This document shows, one piece after another, positions 10,879-24,289 of a stretch of 64,000 nt of DNA. Source of the DNA: Diadema antillarum (Eukaryota). The stretch spans positions 868,001 to 932,000 of the forward strand of contig NW_027270946.1 of the NCBI RefSeq assembly GCF_040938485.1, written 5' to 3'. The notes below the pieces were generated by a model that was given only the letters and a program-made list of their open reading frames with translations, made no database searches and was not told the DNA's origin. Within the stretch, counting starts at the first letter, position 1, and each line of letters opens with the position of its first letter. A program made the translations under genes and the position numbers.

Positions 10879-11916
10879 TTGGTATGAGGAAAAGGCCATA
10901 AACGTCTTTCTTTTGACATAAAAGAAATGAAAAGAAAATTTGACGTAATGACAGAAAACGCAGGAATTGTTAATTTAAAAGAGAATTAAGGACTAAACAA
11001 AAAATCGACTTTAAAAGAATGAGTAAAAATACTTAAGCACAGAAAATTCTATCAAAAGAAAAGAATTGAGTTTTGGCATACGAGTTTTCGAACAATAAGT
11101 GTATAAAATTAGTGAGATGATTATATCATCACGTCATAATTTCCCATTTTTCATGTTTTCTTCAGTAAAAGTGGAAAACAAAGTACTATTCATGGATGAT
11201 ATGAGACTGGGGCATACTTGCGTTTGAAAAAAAAAAGAAAATGGAAGCTTGAAGATTCTGTGTACAAACTATCAAATGGTAAGTTGTGAGGCGATAACAT
11301 CATCCATTCATTCATCTGCATAATCATTCATATTTCCTGATCAGGAACTGTTGTGCTTAAAAGATGTCGCCCTTTCTCTTGTTGGATATTCTGTCTTGCA
11401 GGAACGCGTTTCCAGAAAGGTAAATAGTACTAAGGTCTGACTCTTCTTCTTCCTGTACTGTGCAGAACCTCTCGAGAAGATATACTCACTCACACTGTTA
11501 GCCTCAATCAGAAAGATATGGGAAAGAAATTAAGATGTTACCCTGGATGCATTCTAAACCAAGTTAGAATTAGAGCAAATTCTATAGACTTGCTCCGGGA
11601 CTACCAAACATTGAATTACCATAATATATTTTTAAGATACACATATTTCACTTATACCTGTATTCATGCATTGTATCTCTGTGGTTACTCTGATTAAAAT
11701 GTTCTCCTTATAAAGTCTACCCCCTTCTAGTTGACTGTGTCATGCTTGTAATTACTTGTGTATACAGTTTGTCAATTCTTTTCGGATGTTTCTTAAGACA
11801 CCAAGACACTATGGTCCTAACGATTTAATCACCCGAAAACCCAATGGAAATGACTCACACACTGAATTAATTATACTCACTTAAAAAATTGTAATTTAGC
11901 ACAATAATAGCTCCCC

Positions 11917-11921
<5 letters not shown>

Positions 11922-11961
<40 letters not shown>

Positions 11962-11974
11962 ATATATATATATA
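11922..11974. repeat. (AT)n microsatellite
   Basis: Direct reading. Confidence 0.95.
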
Positions 11975-12377
11975 ATGGATTACAGTATATCTGCATATAC
12001 CTCTTTATATCGATAAAATATCCAATAATTGTGATGGTCACAGAAATATGGCAAAATCTTTCGAGAGGAAATTGCATTAGTATGCAGTAGCATACTATAT
12101 AATGTCATAACAAACGATTATCATTATTTTCCTCTTTTCACAAGATTTTTATTTCGTTCTGATCGAAGTCCTGGTAGACTCTTTGATTTGAATTTAGACC
12201 TTGATATTGTGAAGTAATGAAAGTCGACGAGATGAATGACTTTAGTATCAACAAAATATGCCTAGGTACTGTTCCGAGATATTTTGCAAAGAACGGGCAC
12301 CAGCCAACTGCTATATCATTGCATAAATAATTACAGAGTCCTCGGGACCGGCACTTTTCTTTCGTTACATCGAAGTT

Positions 12378-12615
12378 GTACAGTGACGGGGCGATAGTTA
12401 ACGGGCGATAATTAACGATCTTCCCGTCATTGTACAGGCTTGCTAACCTGGAAACATTAAACTGTACATTACTTGAATAGGAGACCATTCTGAAGCAAAT
12501 AATTTTCACACACCAATAGATATATAATGTACTCTTAAATGAATCCCACAAGAATTGGAACAGTCATCCCCCAGCATTCCCACTCATTCCCATGATCAGT
12601 TACTAGCCATCCCCT
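12378..12615. mobile_element. Right arm and centre of a TTAA-flanked foldback element (Kolobok-like), same family as 32740-33650
   Basis: Ends ACTAGCCATCCCCT then TTAA. Homologous to 33495-33650 and to the reverse complement of 32740-32925. Confidence 0.7.
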
Positions 12616-12765
12616 TTAATGTTATGCGATATAACTTCAAACTAATGATATGTCAGATCGTAACTGCGTTTCAACAAAAACAAAGGACATTTCAAGATAT
12701 GTATGCAACTACACAACGGGCATCAGCCAACTGCTATCATTATCGTCTGAAAAAAAAAATAATTA

Positions 12766-12937
12766 CAGTGGACTCCCGCTATGGCGGAGACCTCGGGAAC
12801 GGCAATGTTCTTTCGTTGTTTCGTTATAACCGAACAATTAAACATAAAAAATAGCAGATAATGTTACAGCCTGAATTTTTACATCGTTGTAACCGAAATT
12901 TCGTTATAACCGTGTTCGTTATAACGGGAGTGCACTG
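12766..12937. mobile_element. Pogo/Tigger-like MITE (CAGTGCACTCCCGTTATAACG family), short copy
   Basis: TA then CAGTGGACTCCCGCTAT ... GTTATAACGGGAGTGCACTG then TA. Confidence 0.75.
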
Positions 12938-14571
12938 TATTTTGGGTTTCTTCCCTGAGAATGTGCTCTCTACGTTTTCGTTAAAGCTGTTATGAAATCG
13001 AATTCACAATCACTATACACCGTTACCCAAAACATGTTTGACAGTTTAGTTTGTGATTATTTGAGTTTGTCTTTATCGTTCTCCTCACGTGAAAGGAATT
13101 AAAAATCCCTAGTGATTACTTTAATTAACAGCAAAATATTAAGATTAAGATTATTATGACGAAATGCAACACAGTCTGTTCTAACAGCAGCAATCCCGAT
13201 CCATCATAATATGCATAAAAACTTTTGGTAAATTATGTTCTGCTGAAGGTAACTTTACAAAATAAGCAAAAACGAAAATTCATTATGAATACTACACTTT
13301 CTTTAAGATCTAATCAAACAAATAGTAGAGACATTTTAGAATCAATGATATTAATGATATCAATGGCATCAATGATAGTACATGTAATAACACTAATTAA
13401 TGTTTCAATTACATTATAACATCAATTACACTATATTAGTTTGCTTATTCGCAGCATTGCCATTTATAAGAGCCATTTCATGGAAAGAGTATAGTTTTAT
13501 GACAGCTCCTATATGATCTGTATGTATCATTTTTATTTCAAATAAGTGGAAGCCGTGTTAGGTCAATTACGTCATCAGCTCAAAATAATTTACACAATGC
13601 AGCTGAGACCCACAAACTCCGTTTCCATGAGAAACTAGATTTACATATATTTTTCACTTTGTGCTTTCCCGATTCTCGTTAAACTCTCTTTTCTTTCCTT
13701 TTGTCTGAGTTGGAGTCTTCATCATTTGGACACTGCGTTTCATTGCAATCATAAGCAGAGAGAGAAGCACAGAATTGATGAAGATGATAATTATGATACA
13801 CTTTTACACCACACCAAGATGTATTCAAATATTAATTTCCATAAACAATTTTTAAGGGATTTTTTCTATTCTTTTAATCCCTTTGTCTATTTCTACACAA
13901 GAGAAAAATGAATGTCTTAATTTGTTTGTTTGTTTGTTTGTTACATTCAATTGGCATCGAATGGTTTTCTTTCAAAATACTTCTCTACTGTGTTTAGTAG
14001 AAATGGTATCCTTTAATTCAATGTCTTGCGTAGTCTAGTCATTTGGTGTAATTGTCCTCGTACCATTAGCAGAATTGAATGTATACCTCCATTTCAATTT
14101 CTACTGCCACAAAGCAGCAATTGGATTCATTCAACGACAGATCTTAGAACGTTGTGTCGCTTTTCATGGCAGAGAAGCGCCTATATGAAAATGGCCTTCT
14201 AAGGATGATGACCTTACAATAGGCAAGAAATTATGAAAGGAGAAAAATTACCAAGGATGTGAAAAAGAGGCACCTCCCTGGAATTACCCTCCACTTTGCA
14301 ACTATATATTCCAGGGATCTGACCTTACTTTATTCTAATTTTCTTTTGAAAGCAGGCATTTTGAGCAGGTCTTTTCTTTTTCGTTTTACACTATGTGAGG
14401 TGAAATTTCTGTTTTAAGTCATCGAGTCTCTTTGTTTGTTTGTTTGTTTTTGTGCTTGCGTGTGTGCTTGTGAGTATGTCCGCATGAAGCACAGACGTAT
14501 TTAATTTGTCGTAGAAATTCTCTCTTCTATATTTCATCATCCGATAGCTGTGAAGCATAGGTCAGCAGCTG

Positions 14572-14737
14572 CAGTGGCGAATCCAGGAGGGGCGCACCGG
14601 GCACCCCCGTTTAGTTTTTTTTGTTGAAACAAAAGGAATAAAAAGAAAAGAAATGGAGATGGACGCGTGCGCTCCCACTTAATTTTGTAAAGCCCCCTCC
14701 CCCCCCCCCCTTTACGGAATTCCTGGATCTGCCCCTG
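14572..14737. mobile_element. hAT-like MITE, unit 2 only
   Basis: TIRs CAGTGGCGAATCCAGGA / TCCTGGATCTGCCCCTG. Empty site AGCAGCTGATTTTGTA in unit 1 (from 3238); degenerate 8-bp TSD AGCAGCTG. Confidence 0.72.
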
Positions 14738-17417
14738 AGCGGATTTTGTATTTTTTTTTCCAAATGTGACCAAATGTTCAGAAGTCGCCATGGGAAAGAT
14801 TTCACCAACATTTAGCTTTTTCGTGTCACTATATGCACGGTCGTATTTCTGAAAAATGCGTCAGTTTTTCTTTTCATTGGTGAGATTGAAGAGAAAAGAT
14901 AAATCTATTCCGTTGTTGTGAAACTTTCATTTCTATCTTTCATTACACTCTTTGAGTAGCGGATTTTCCAAGTAAGGCAAAGAAATTTCTAGCAAAGTGA
15001 ATAATCTGACCAGCACCTTCACCAGCATTCTCTTTCATTGTTTGAAAATATCTTTAAAACCTTTTGAAAATATCTTCAGTTTTCATGTTAAATTAACTCA
15101 CATAGCAGTAGATTCCACTTTTTGTTTCCACCAGCTATAAAATTAATGTTCTGAATCTTAAAGAAAACTGAGACTGTTATACGACGAGCTACATTAATTG
15201 ACCATGGTAACGCAGAATTTCGGAGAGGGAGAGTTACACAAGAAAAGAGATTTAAGACGGAGAAACATAACGAAATAACATTCACTGAATGCAATAAGGC
15301 TAGATGAAATAAAAACTTAATTAAAAACGACTTTTTATTTTCTGGAGACTAGTCTAGATTGCAGTACTTACTAGAAGCTAAACGTGTCTTGGACGTAAAC
15401 AAAATATATCATATATATCACATTACTTTGATTTGCATTTGCTTAGTCCTCGTAACTGAAAGATGAAATAACATACCTATCGTCGTACACATTGCCTTTG
15501 ATAAGAATTGATTTGGAAGAGATTACCGTGTTAATGCACTATATTATGTCTTGCCTTTATTTCGTCACATATCACCAGAAATCTATTCATCCCCTGTTAT
15601 TATGGATAATTATGTAATCAGAATTTGTTGGTGCATACGAATAAAATGTTAGGAGGGAGGGACTTTTAGGGGGAACTTCCCGAACAAGTCTTCATTGGGC
15701 TTTCACTTTTTTTTAAACTGTGTGTGTCTTGAATAATACTGAGTCGAAAAGAAAGAACGACACTTTCAAGGACCTTAAAGCTATAAATGTGCAACATCTA
15801 ATGTGTCACAGTGGATGGTTCCGTCGACGGGGACAGACCGGAATCACTGATGCTACAAGGTGAGCGGATCTGCAGGAATTTTACAGGCATCGGTGTCTTT
15901 TAAACAATTCTCTCTCGTTTTACAGATCACGTTGCTATGCGACTAGAGAGAAGAAGGATGTTGATTCCATGTTTACACTCTGATATCCTTAATTTTTAAG
16001 TAAAACGCTGTTTTTAGATGTACCGAGCTCATCCATAACAGGAGTCAGCACCTTACGCTGTAAGAGTCCAGCAATGTTTTTGTCCGAAACGAAGGGTTTG
16101 AATAGGTCCCTTCACCCTTTGGAAGCTTGTCAGTGTACAATATCAAAAACACTATGAGATGATGATTGGGTGGCATCCGAGAAAATAGCATCATTATGCT
16201 TATAGGCAGCATGTGGAAGTCAGATTCGTTGTATCATATCGGTCACACCGGCAAAAGATCGATATTTTAACTTTGCGATCTTTTGGTAGTGTGACCGCGG
16301 CTGATCATTTGATCAGTTATTATTCCATGAGGTGCAAAATGAAAACTGTTGAAAATGTGTTTGGTCAGGGTTTTTTTTTTAATCTATAAAAGGCAAACTC
16401 CAGTCGTCATTAATCATGCTAATGAAGACAGTTGTGTGCAGCTACTGATGTCGAGGATACATCCAATATGCCTTCCAGACGTGAAGAGCGTAAATATCAA
16501 CCAAAGAAACAACAGAGTTACCGTCCCGGCACTTTGCGCCTGGCAGTCAAACCTTGACATGTTAGAACCGCACAGTATACTGGGATAGTTTTTAAAGATT
16601 CTTTGAACCGCAAATTTCCTATATACACACGTCAATTATTGTTACAGTGAAGACTAATTTCATCTCCTCTCCCCATCAAAATTGCAAAGTTAGACTAAAG
16701 GATCTGAGCAACATTATGCCCGTGCTGCTCTTTTCACTATATAGACATTGAAAGAGATGATTTCAGGAATTTTATGACCGATATCTGAACGTGCACTCAA
16801 CATAACTGAATGCGTTAACGCATGTAACATAGTATATATCACATTTGAAACGTGAGCAGCATAATAAGACACAGAAAATTATTGCCTTTAGTGAAGTTAA
16901 AATCTTGAGCGGAATATCAGGCTGGTGACTCTCTTCTGTATGAATTATTTGCTTTAACATACCTTTTATTCACTGGACGAACGCAAAGAAAAACGTATTC
17001 ATTAGTACCATGACACAATCTGACTGTAATATAGGGAGTGTCGAATCATGTGAAACCTATGCTCCATTGGTAGCAGAGGATTATTCCATTTTCTTTTCAA
17101 CAACCAATCAGCTGCTCTTATTGATGCATATTCAGTATTTTATTTTACGTATAGAACCCCATTAATGTATAGATTCTGCGAGTCCACAGTGCTTCTAACA
17201 AAATTACTGAAACCACGCCGGTGTCGTCGCATACTATATAATTCTTCAATTTTTACTATGGATCGTGGAAGGTAAAACACAGCGGGTGGAAGTTGTATCT
17301 TGAAACTAATTTGCCTATTAAGACGTCCTTCTCAGTGAGAATATTCTTCGACATGCCAATTTATATGTAATTGCTCAAGTCCAATTTTTACTGTTTGTCA
17401 GGTATCAAGACAGTGTA

Positions 17418-18434
17418 ATGCATCGATACGTTCGTCTCGTGGTCGGAATCGCATCACCACTCATCGGCGTCCTAGGAAACATTCTGATTTGCCTTGTGTT
17501 CGCTCGTCGTCGACCCAAAAATGCCGGAGACATCGCCATCATAGCTCTCGCGATCGTCGATCTTATCTCGTCATCATTTAACGTCCCGAAGGTGGTCGTC
17601 TTCTTTTCGGGAGTCAGCGATGTCCACTGCGTCATCGAGATGGTTAGCCTTCGCTCCGGCGTACTGGCCGCGGCGTTGCTGACTGTTACCATAGCTGTCT
17701 ACCGCTTTAGGGCCATCGTAACACCATTCTCTCGTCCCATCTCTCCCCAGACAGCAACATGGGTGTCCCTGGGGTGTTTTGTGTTGGCTTTTGCATACAG
17801 CTTGCCCTTCATCTACGTTACTCGAGCTCACGAGGAGGGAGGAAAAGTCATATGTTTGATGTTCGGCGACGTAGTCTGGGTCGGCACCACCTACTCGTGG
17901 TCGCAGACGGCCATTTTCTCTCTCTCATCTCTTTTATCGTCAGTCCTGTACTTCAAGATCTTCCGAGTCTTACGGGTACAGCAAGCGGTTCGGCTTGAGC
18001 TCACCGGCCAGCACGTGACGAGAAACACACAGCCTGCCGCCTACGTGGTGTCGGCCAACGTATCCCCTGATGACAACTGCGTCCGGGAAAACTTCGATTT
18101 ACCATCTCACGACACCAATGAAGAGACCATCGGCCAGTTGGGAACTTTTATCAAAGCACAAGACAGTATGAAGGGTGCATATGTTAAAGTCCTCTACAGA
18201 ACCAGCGATCAAAAGGGCACGACCACGAACACAAAGAAAACTCCTGGTGTAGCTGCGGGGCAGTCAACTACTCCTGTTCATCCGTCATCGTTGCCGACAG
18301 ATACTGCAAAGATGACCAGTACAAAGAAGGAGAACAACGACCATCGAACAACTGTCATGCTGTTCATCGTCAGCATCATTTTCTTCGTATCCTGGCTGCC
18401 GAGTGTGGCAAATGACGTCATTGCATCAAGAGAG
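17418..18434 (+). CDS. Orphan class A GPCR copy 2, coding exon 1 (TM1-TM6)
   Basis: Uninterrupted 339-codon exon paralogous to exons 1+2 of copy 1. GTGAGA donor at 18435 at the same codon (RE|) as the copy 1 donor at 7074. Confidence 0.94.
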
Positions 18435-18624
18435 GTGAGACGTCACAGCACGTTTCTAGTTTTGATTTCATACTAAAGAAAGCGTGTCAAATCCAGATAT
18501 CTACCGCTCCTAACATGCACGGTAATGAACCCACTTCTACTTCATTTTCAAGTAGACTTTGAAAAAGAGAATAAAGAGGCAAATACTGAAGTAGTAGAGC
18601 AGATGCTTTATCATAATTGTATAG

Positions 18625-18925
18625 AAAGTGTGGGCACTGCATGTCGCATATGTTGATACCAAGGCAAGACTCATGACTTTAAATCGGAGGACCCGAGTTC
18701 GAATTGCCGTCCGGTGCTTACGTCCTTGGACAAGAGGTTCAAGAACTCACCATGTTCCTCTCGACACATGTGTAGAAATTGGTACCTGGCAACGCTATAG
18801 GGTGATTTTAATGACAAGGCCCTCTGGTAGAGTAGTGGCAATACTGAAGAGCTATACTCTGGATGGAGGAGACCGTATCACTATTATTATCATTATTATT
18901 ATTATGAACATTATCATTATCATCA
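18625..18925 (+). mobile_element. tRNA-derived SINE with CORE-like central domain and (TAT)n tail
   Basis: B-box-like GAGTTCGAATT. Central GTCCTTGGACAAG...TGTAGAAATTGGTACCTGG resembles the CORE-SINE domain. Ends in ATT/TAT repeats. Boundaries approximate. Confidence 0.6.
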
Positions 18926-19536
18926 TTTGATTGATTTGATTTATTGGTTCCTGCATTATATCATTGCACATGCAGATACATATACACATGATACATTGTT
19001 GGTGCCATACATATACATAAACATTAGTTGTTTACGAGATTAGCTTATTCATTGCCTTTACAATGTACAGCAATACAGTTTCTTCATTGTTTTCACAATG
19101 TACACCAAAACATTATTATCAGCGATGCAATGAATAATACATAAGGGCTACAGCTTGATAAGCATTGCTTGATTTGCATGCAGCCCTCGTACATAATACA
19201 TATCATATAGGAAAATAGGGGAGGGGTGACTTGCACAGAGATAGGACAGGAGAAAGGAGGGGAGAGGTGTGTCTGCTTTCTCTAAAGGTTTACACAGAGT
19301 TAGATCATTACTGTTATTATTGTTATTATAAAGTAACAAAGTTATAGGACTTTGACGCATCATGGGTTCAAGAATGATATTATCACTCGCAACCACATAG
19401 TAATAATATATAAGGTGACAGAGATAATACCATCACTAAACAAGCCTCCCACTGACCATGTTGACCTCGACACAAACCTTCGCGAAATTGCCTGAAATTC
19501 AAGATAACACACTGGTATTCTTTGCATATACTTCAC

Positions 19537-19576
19537 ATCGCTTCTCGGCCTTTTGGCTTAGAGCATGTGTAGCATC
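19537..19576 (+). pseudogene. RNU2: 3'-truncated U2 snRNA pseudogene (nt 1-40)
   Basis: ATCGCTTCTCGGCCTTTTGGCTTAGAGCATGTGTAGCATC matches 36/40 of the conserved metazoan U2 5' end ATCGCTTCTCGGCCTTTTGGCTAAGATCAAGTGTAGTATC (from memory). No downstream U2 sequence. Confidence 0.85.
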
Positions 19577-20771
19577 GTATAAGGACACTGTTACGTTTGG
19601 TAAGCGAGCAATTTATTTAAGTACAATACAAGGAAATATTATGTAGATGATTAGTATCAATCAAATTTATAGATCAAAAAAGCATAACGGTATATCATAC
19701 TATTTTGTATTATAAACTATGAGGAGAGTGGTACGGTGATGATATCATGGCCCTCATACAACTTTTTAAAGTATATAGGTAATAGCTGCTACTGCTACCA
19801 GTGGCGAAACTTTACAATTTTCAAGCTATCATATTTTAAAGTTGGTAGGCCATACGTTCTTATGCCATTTATTGCTGCATTCCGTTAGTTTGATTTTACG
19901 ATATTTATTATATGTTGATTTGAACGTAGAGTGGATTTGCACATTAATGGATTCCATCTGTGCATCACAAACATTGTGGTATATGCACAGATTTGTTGTT
20001 TTCTTTGGTGACAGCTGCACCACCATTACACTGTATTCTCTTGGGATTTTCCCTTTTTCAATTTATTTGGTCTAAGGTTGAATACACGGCTGAAATGTCG
20101 TATTGATATTGCTGGACATATTGACGTAATTTTCTCTTTTGTTCCGTGTTTGATGGATTAATATGAGATTATAGCAAGCGATTAAGATCTATTATATTTT
20201 AAGGTACACCGAATGATGTAGACCGATTCTTTCATTCATTCGTGAATATACCATGTAACGGTATATAAATGTACAATAATAAAGCATCCATGATAACTGC
20301 TGACGGAAATGTCTATCTCTTTTCATTCATGGAGAATACATCCATAACGTAAATTGAAAGTCTATATATGGGGGTGTTGCAATTAATCGCAAATATCTAT
20401 TGCATACTTTGCAATACGTCAGTAGATATTTCAATTTCAACTTGCATTCAAACGCAAGTTTCCGTTGCAAGAAGGGAGCTTGCAATAAAATTGAAACTTT
20501 TTTTGGGCAAAACCTCATAATGTCTGATATCATTTACCATTTTTAACATAGGAATTGCAAATTGAAGGATAAAACTTCATTTTTCCCTGCAAAGAATTCT
20601 GAATGTTTTTGTTCTTAATTGATTTCTGACAAAATAAAATGTAAGAATATTTCCTTATTCATTTTGTGTGTTTCTGCAATTATTCGCGTCTCAAAAGTTG
20701 GGTACGTTTATCTGTCATGATTGTGCTCCCCGTTATTTTTTTTCCTGATTTGTCTCCTTCATAACGTCCAG

Positions 20772-20936
20772 GGAAGAGGCGTCATATTCTTGCACGATGA
20801 AAAGCCCCTTCTGACCTTGTTGGTGTATGCGGTCACTCAGCTCAAGTACATCAACCACATCATCAACGTGTTCGTCTACGCTGCCGTCAACCGACGATTC
20901 CGACAGGACTGTGTACAAGTATTGTCGTGGCAGTGA
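20772..20936 (+). CDS. GPCR copy 2, last exon (TM7, helix 8)
   Basis: TCCAG acceptor ending 20771. Translates GRGVIFLHDEKPLLTLLVYAVTQLKYINHIINVFVYAAVNRRFRQDCVQVLSWQ then TGA. Spliced CDS 1182 nt, 393 aa. Confidence 0.94.
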   Translation, partial: GRGVIFLHDEKPLLTLLVYAVTQLKYINHIINVFVYAAVNRRFRQDCVQVLSWQ

Positions 20937-21584
20937 TATCGTGATTTCTACAAGTCACAAAATCAAATGAGGGCATTCCGTCAAGCACGTTCTGACTTTC
21001 GTATGATGATAGCAGTAATAATGTAATATGTATTTACATAATAAATACTTACATGTTATCTACAAATGATAATAATAATAGTAATAGTAAAAATAATGAT
21101 GATAAAAATCAATGATATTACAGGGTACTTGCACCAATTTAGAATGGCTATAATGCGCTAAAGGCGCATTGGAAAATAATGAATTAAGAAGTACAAAAAT
21201 CATTACAAACACATGCATATAAGTAAAAGAATGGATCCACATAATTATGTCCAGATATAGTTCATAGCAAATTGCCGTCGTCTTAATACTCGATTGCTTA
21301 CGGGACAGTTGTCATTCTATAAAGGTGTTCGTGTTTCACAAAGTTCAGTTGAACTTATTCGGTCATTGAAAATTTTACCTGAATTTGTTCCCTCTATTCT
21401 GGTGCTAAATGAAGGTAATATTGTTCGAAATCAACCGCAAAATTAATGTATATTGTGATCTACCATTTAACTTCCCTCTAAAATCCGTATCAATTTCTGT
21501 GTCACCGTCCGGTGGGTCACTTAATTGGTTCTTTGAGAACATAATTTTTATGTCCTGCATGCAGGAAAGAACAGTGTCCCACAG

Positions 21585-21830
21585 TGTGCAGCACTGTGTG
21601 AACACAGTGTGAATACAGTGTGAACACAGTGTGAATACAGTGTGAAATATCCTAACACTGTTCCATTCGAGTGTTTTGTGAACACATTGTGACTCATCCA
21701 ATACACAGTGTGAACGGAATGATTGTGCCTATGTGACATCGCAGTGTGAAATCTTCACATACTATAATGTAGCTGAATATGCAATTGTGAACACATTGTG
21801 AACACACTGTGGGACACTGTATTCTTTCTA
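21585..21830 (+). repeat. Degenerate minisatellite of (C/T)ACAGTGTGAA units
   Basis: About five adjacent 11-bp units at 21590-21647 plus scattered degenerate units downstream. Confidence 0.7.
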
Positions 21831-21902
21831 GTGAGGATGGGCCTTTAGGCCTAACTGATATGAATTATATGCATATACGTGTACTTGTATACATATATAA
21901 TG

Positions 21903-22075
21903 TTATCAACAAAAACGAAACTGAACCAAAGTTTATGCTGTATTCACCGACAGGTTATTTCTGCACACAAACTTTCGAGCCATTCGCTCTTTCTCAAGAC
22001 AGTGTTGATACTGAGAGAACAATAACAAATTTGTGTACAGCATGAACTTTGTTTCAGTTTTGTTTTTGATGATAA
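21903..22075. mobile_element. Small foldback/MITE with ~40-bp inverted repeats
   Basis: TTATCAACAAAAACGAAACTGAACCAAAGTTTATGCTGTA versus TACAGCATGAACTTTGTTTCAGTTTTGTTTTTGATGATAA. Confidence 0.6.
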
Positions 22076-22132
22076 TATCACGCCAACACGTGGACAACTC
22101 TCTCTCTCTCTCTTTCTCTCCCTCTCTCTCTC

Positions 22133-22179
<47 letters not shown>

Positions 22180-23668
22180 TCCTTTGATGATACTTAATCT
22201 TTCTCATCAGCTGGACGGGATAATCCAGGTCAGTACAATATCTGCAAGAAGATGTGAGAAATTCTTCATGCCCATATTCCTATAGTGCGATAATGAGAAG
22301 CAAGTAAACGTGTGTAATATAATGAGTGGATGAATCTCTGAATGTTGTTTAGAGACGAGTTTGCTCCTATAAACTTTCAACTGCATGGCAATAAAACATA
22401 AAAAGTGAGAGAGAAAAAAAAAGAAAGTCTTGTATTATGCCTATATCATGGGAATATTGATTTGACATTGCCATTTATAACCCTATAGCATTGCCCGTCA
22501 AAATGAACCGTAGATAAAGTTCAATCATGATACATTGTTCATGTCGGAGTCCTCGTAAAAACTCGCTATCCAATCTAAATACCGTTAAATGTCTGCTTAC
22601 CAAACACTTTGCTGAAATATACCAACTTATGGAAAACAGGTGCATTGATGGACATGTATTCCTATTATATTCATACAAATAGGCCTATATTTGTATGAAT
22701 ATCAATATGCAAATATATCGTTGATATACGAATATTGATTTCAAACAAATCTAGTATGTACATCTATAAGTATGCGGTTTGGTTCTTGCCGTCGTCGTCG
22801 TTGTTAATTTTGTTGTTTTATTTTGTTTTATTTTGTTTGAACAAACAGAATAAATGTCTGAGCTATTCATTTCGATATCGATTACACAAGCGTACCTACA
22901 TCACATCACGACGCTAGCCAGTTCACCTTACAGTAGAGCAGTTTGCATAGCTATATACTTTCTTATTGAGGTTAATTGAATCTACGAAGTTACGTGTCGG
23001 TAATATTCAATTCAGTTCAAATAAAATATTTCCAATAAGACATGTTTGCCGTCGATAACGATTTTAAGAGAATAAAGCGTACAATGTATTACAACAAAAT
23101 TATGCATATATATTTTCAGAAATTATTGCATTAATGGAAAAGAGGTAAACACGTAAAAGAATGATGAACCACGACTGCCAGGGTACATAGTGCCTGTGAC
23201 TCGGACGGGGGCGGGGGGGGGGGGGGGGGAGAAGGGGCAACATTGCTATACTCTATTGTACAGTTTTCAGTTGGTTGAGATATAGGGTTCAGCTGGTTTC
23301 CAACTTTTTTTTGTGAGATGATGAGACACCTCAAATGGCATATTATGAAAGAGCATAATTTCAAGAGGGATTTAAAATTCACTTGATGAGAATGGGTTTT
23401 GAAATGGTTGAGTTTTAAGCTAGCTCCTTATAAAAGGTGGGACTCACATTTTATTAGGATCGTTTTGTTTTACTTTATCTCAGCCATTTCAAAGCCGGTA
23501 TCATCATAAATTTGTATGCTCTCTGCATTTAGAGTGGTTTTAAGTTTGTTTTAAGTACATTGTATCTTGCAAAAAGTTAGAAGCTGAATCCTATCAGCAA
23601 TAGGCCTACGAAACCAAACATGTCTCTGTTCACGACATGCGAGGATCATACGCGACATAATCATGAGA

Positions 23669-23779
23669 CGTTTTCACATCAGCCCGATAAAAATCCAAGC
23701 TCGAGATATTTTTCGCAGAAAATACTAGTAGTCAGCAAAATAGCGCGCTATTTCGAAACATCGGGCTGATGTGAAAACG
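23669..23779. mobile_element. Small MITE with perfect 20-bp inverted repeats
   Basis: CGTTTTCACATCAGCCCGAT (23669-23688) / ATCGGGCTGATGTGAAAACG (23760-23779). Confidence 0.6.
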
Positions 23780-24289
23780 CCTATTGATTCAATTACCTCG
23801 GAATTTGATCGTCTTTGGCGAAATTAAATGACTTAAAACAGTAAGAGAATGGCAAAAAGGTGATGAAAACAATTTGATTTAACAAAACAAACAAAAAAAA
23901 AAAAACAAGAGAGAGAGAAAAAAAATGACCCCTGCGTGGTCATGGCATGCATTATAATTATGAAAGGGGTTTTCTTGTGATGAGGATCAGAGAAGAAAAC
24001 TGCCATCCTGAAGGTAGAAACCGCAAACGCGATTGTCGGGCAATGCCTTTCAGAGTCAGTACAAAGGGTGTGGTCATTTCACCGGTCGAGAACCAACGCC
24101 CACCTATAGCAAGATTGCATAATCCTGTGTTGAATGAAATTAGGCCCAAAGAGAGCTCGATGAACCGTATCGCTGACAAGGGTTCCGTGCTTCTCATTTC
24201 GCTTTTGAAAGACGCCGTACCTGTTTCGTCGACGAGATCTCGCCGGTCGGGTAGAGTTCTGTGGGTGCAACACATCAACGGTCGCACAT

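Larger units (their letters stand above)
1..21000 (+). repeat. Tandem segmental duplication: unit 1 (<=1 to ~8.5 kb) and unit 2 (~8.65-21 kb), each with one GPCR gene
   Basis: Collinear homologous blocks read by eye: 1-1210 ~ 8834-9923 plus 10879-11000; 1575-2030 ~ 11435-11915; 2655-3540 ~ 13960-15050; 4200-4930 ~ 16410-17420; coding exons; 7930-8170 ~ 20640-20940. Confidence 0.92.

Noticed and set aside
12138-12551. Near-identical peptides in ORFs 12138-12551 and 32783-32974 suggesting a duplicated gene
   Set aside because: Both are translations of the same Kolobok-like foldback arm, with no coding signature.
15800-15990. Apparent mini-intron (GTGAGC ... TTTTACAG) suggesting a captured gene fragment
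   Set aside because: Joined frames give only short unrecognisable peptides; no support beyond the splice-like motifs.
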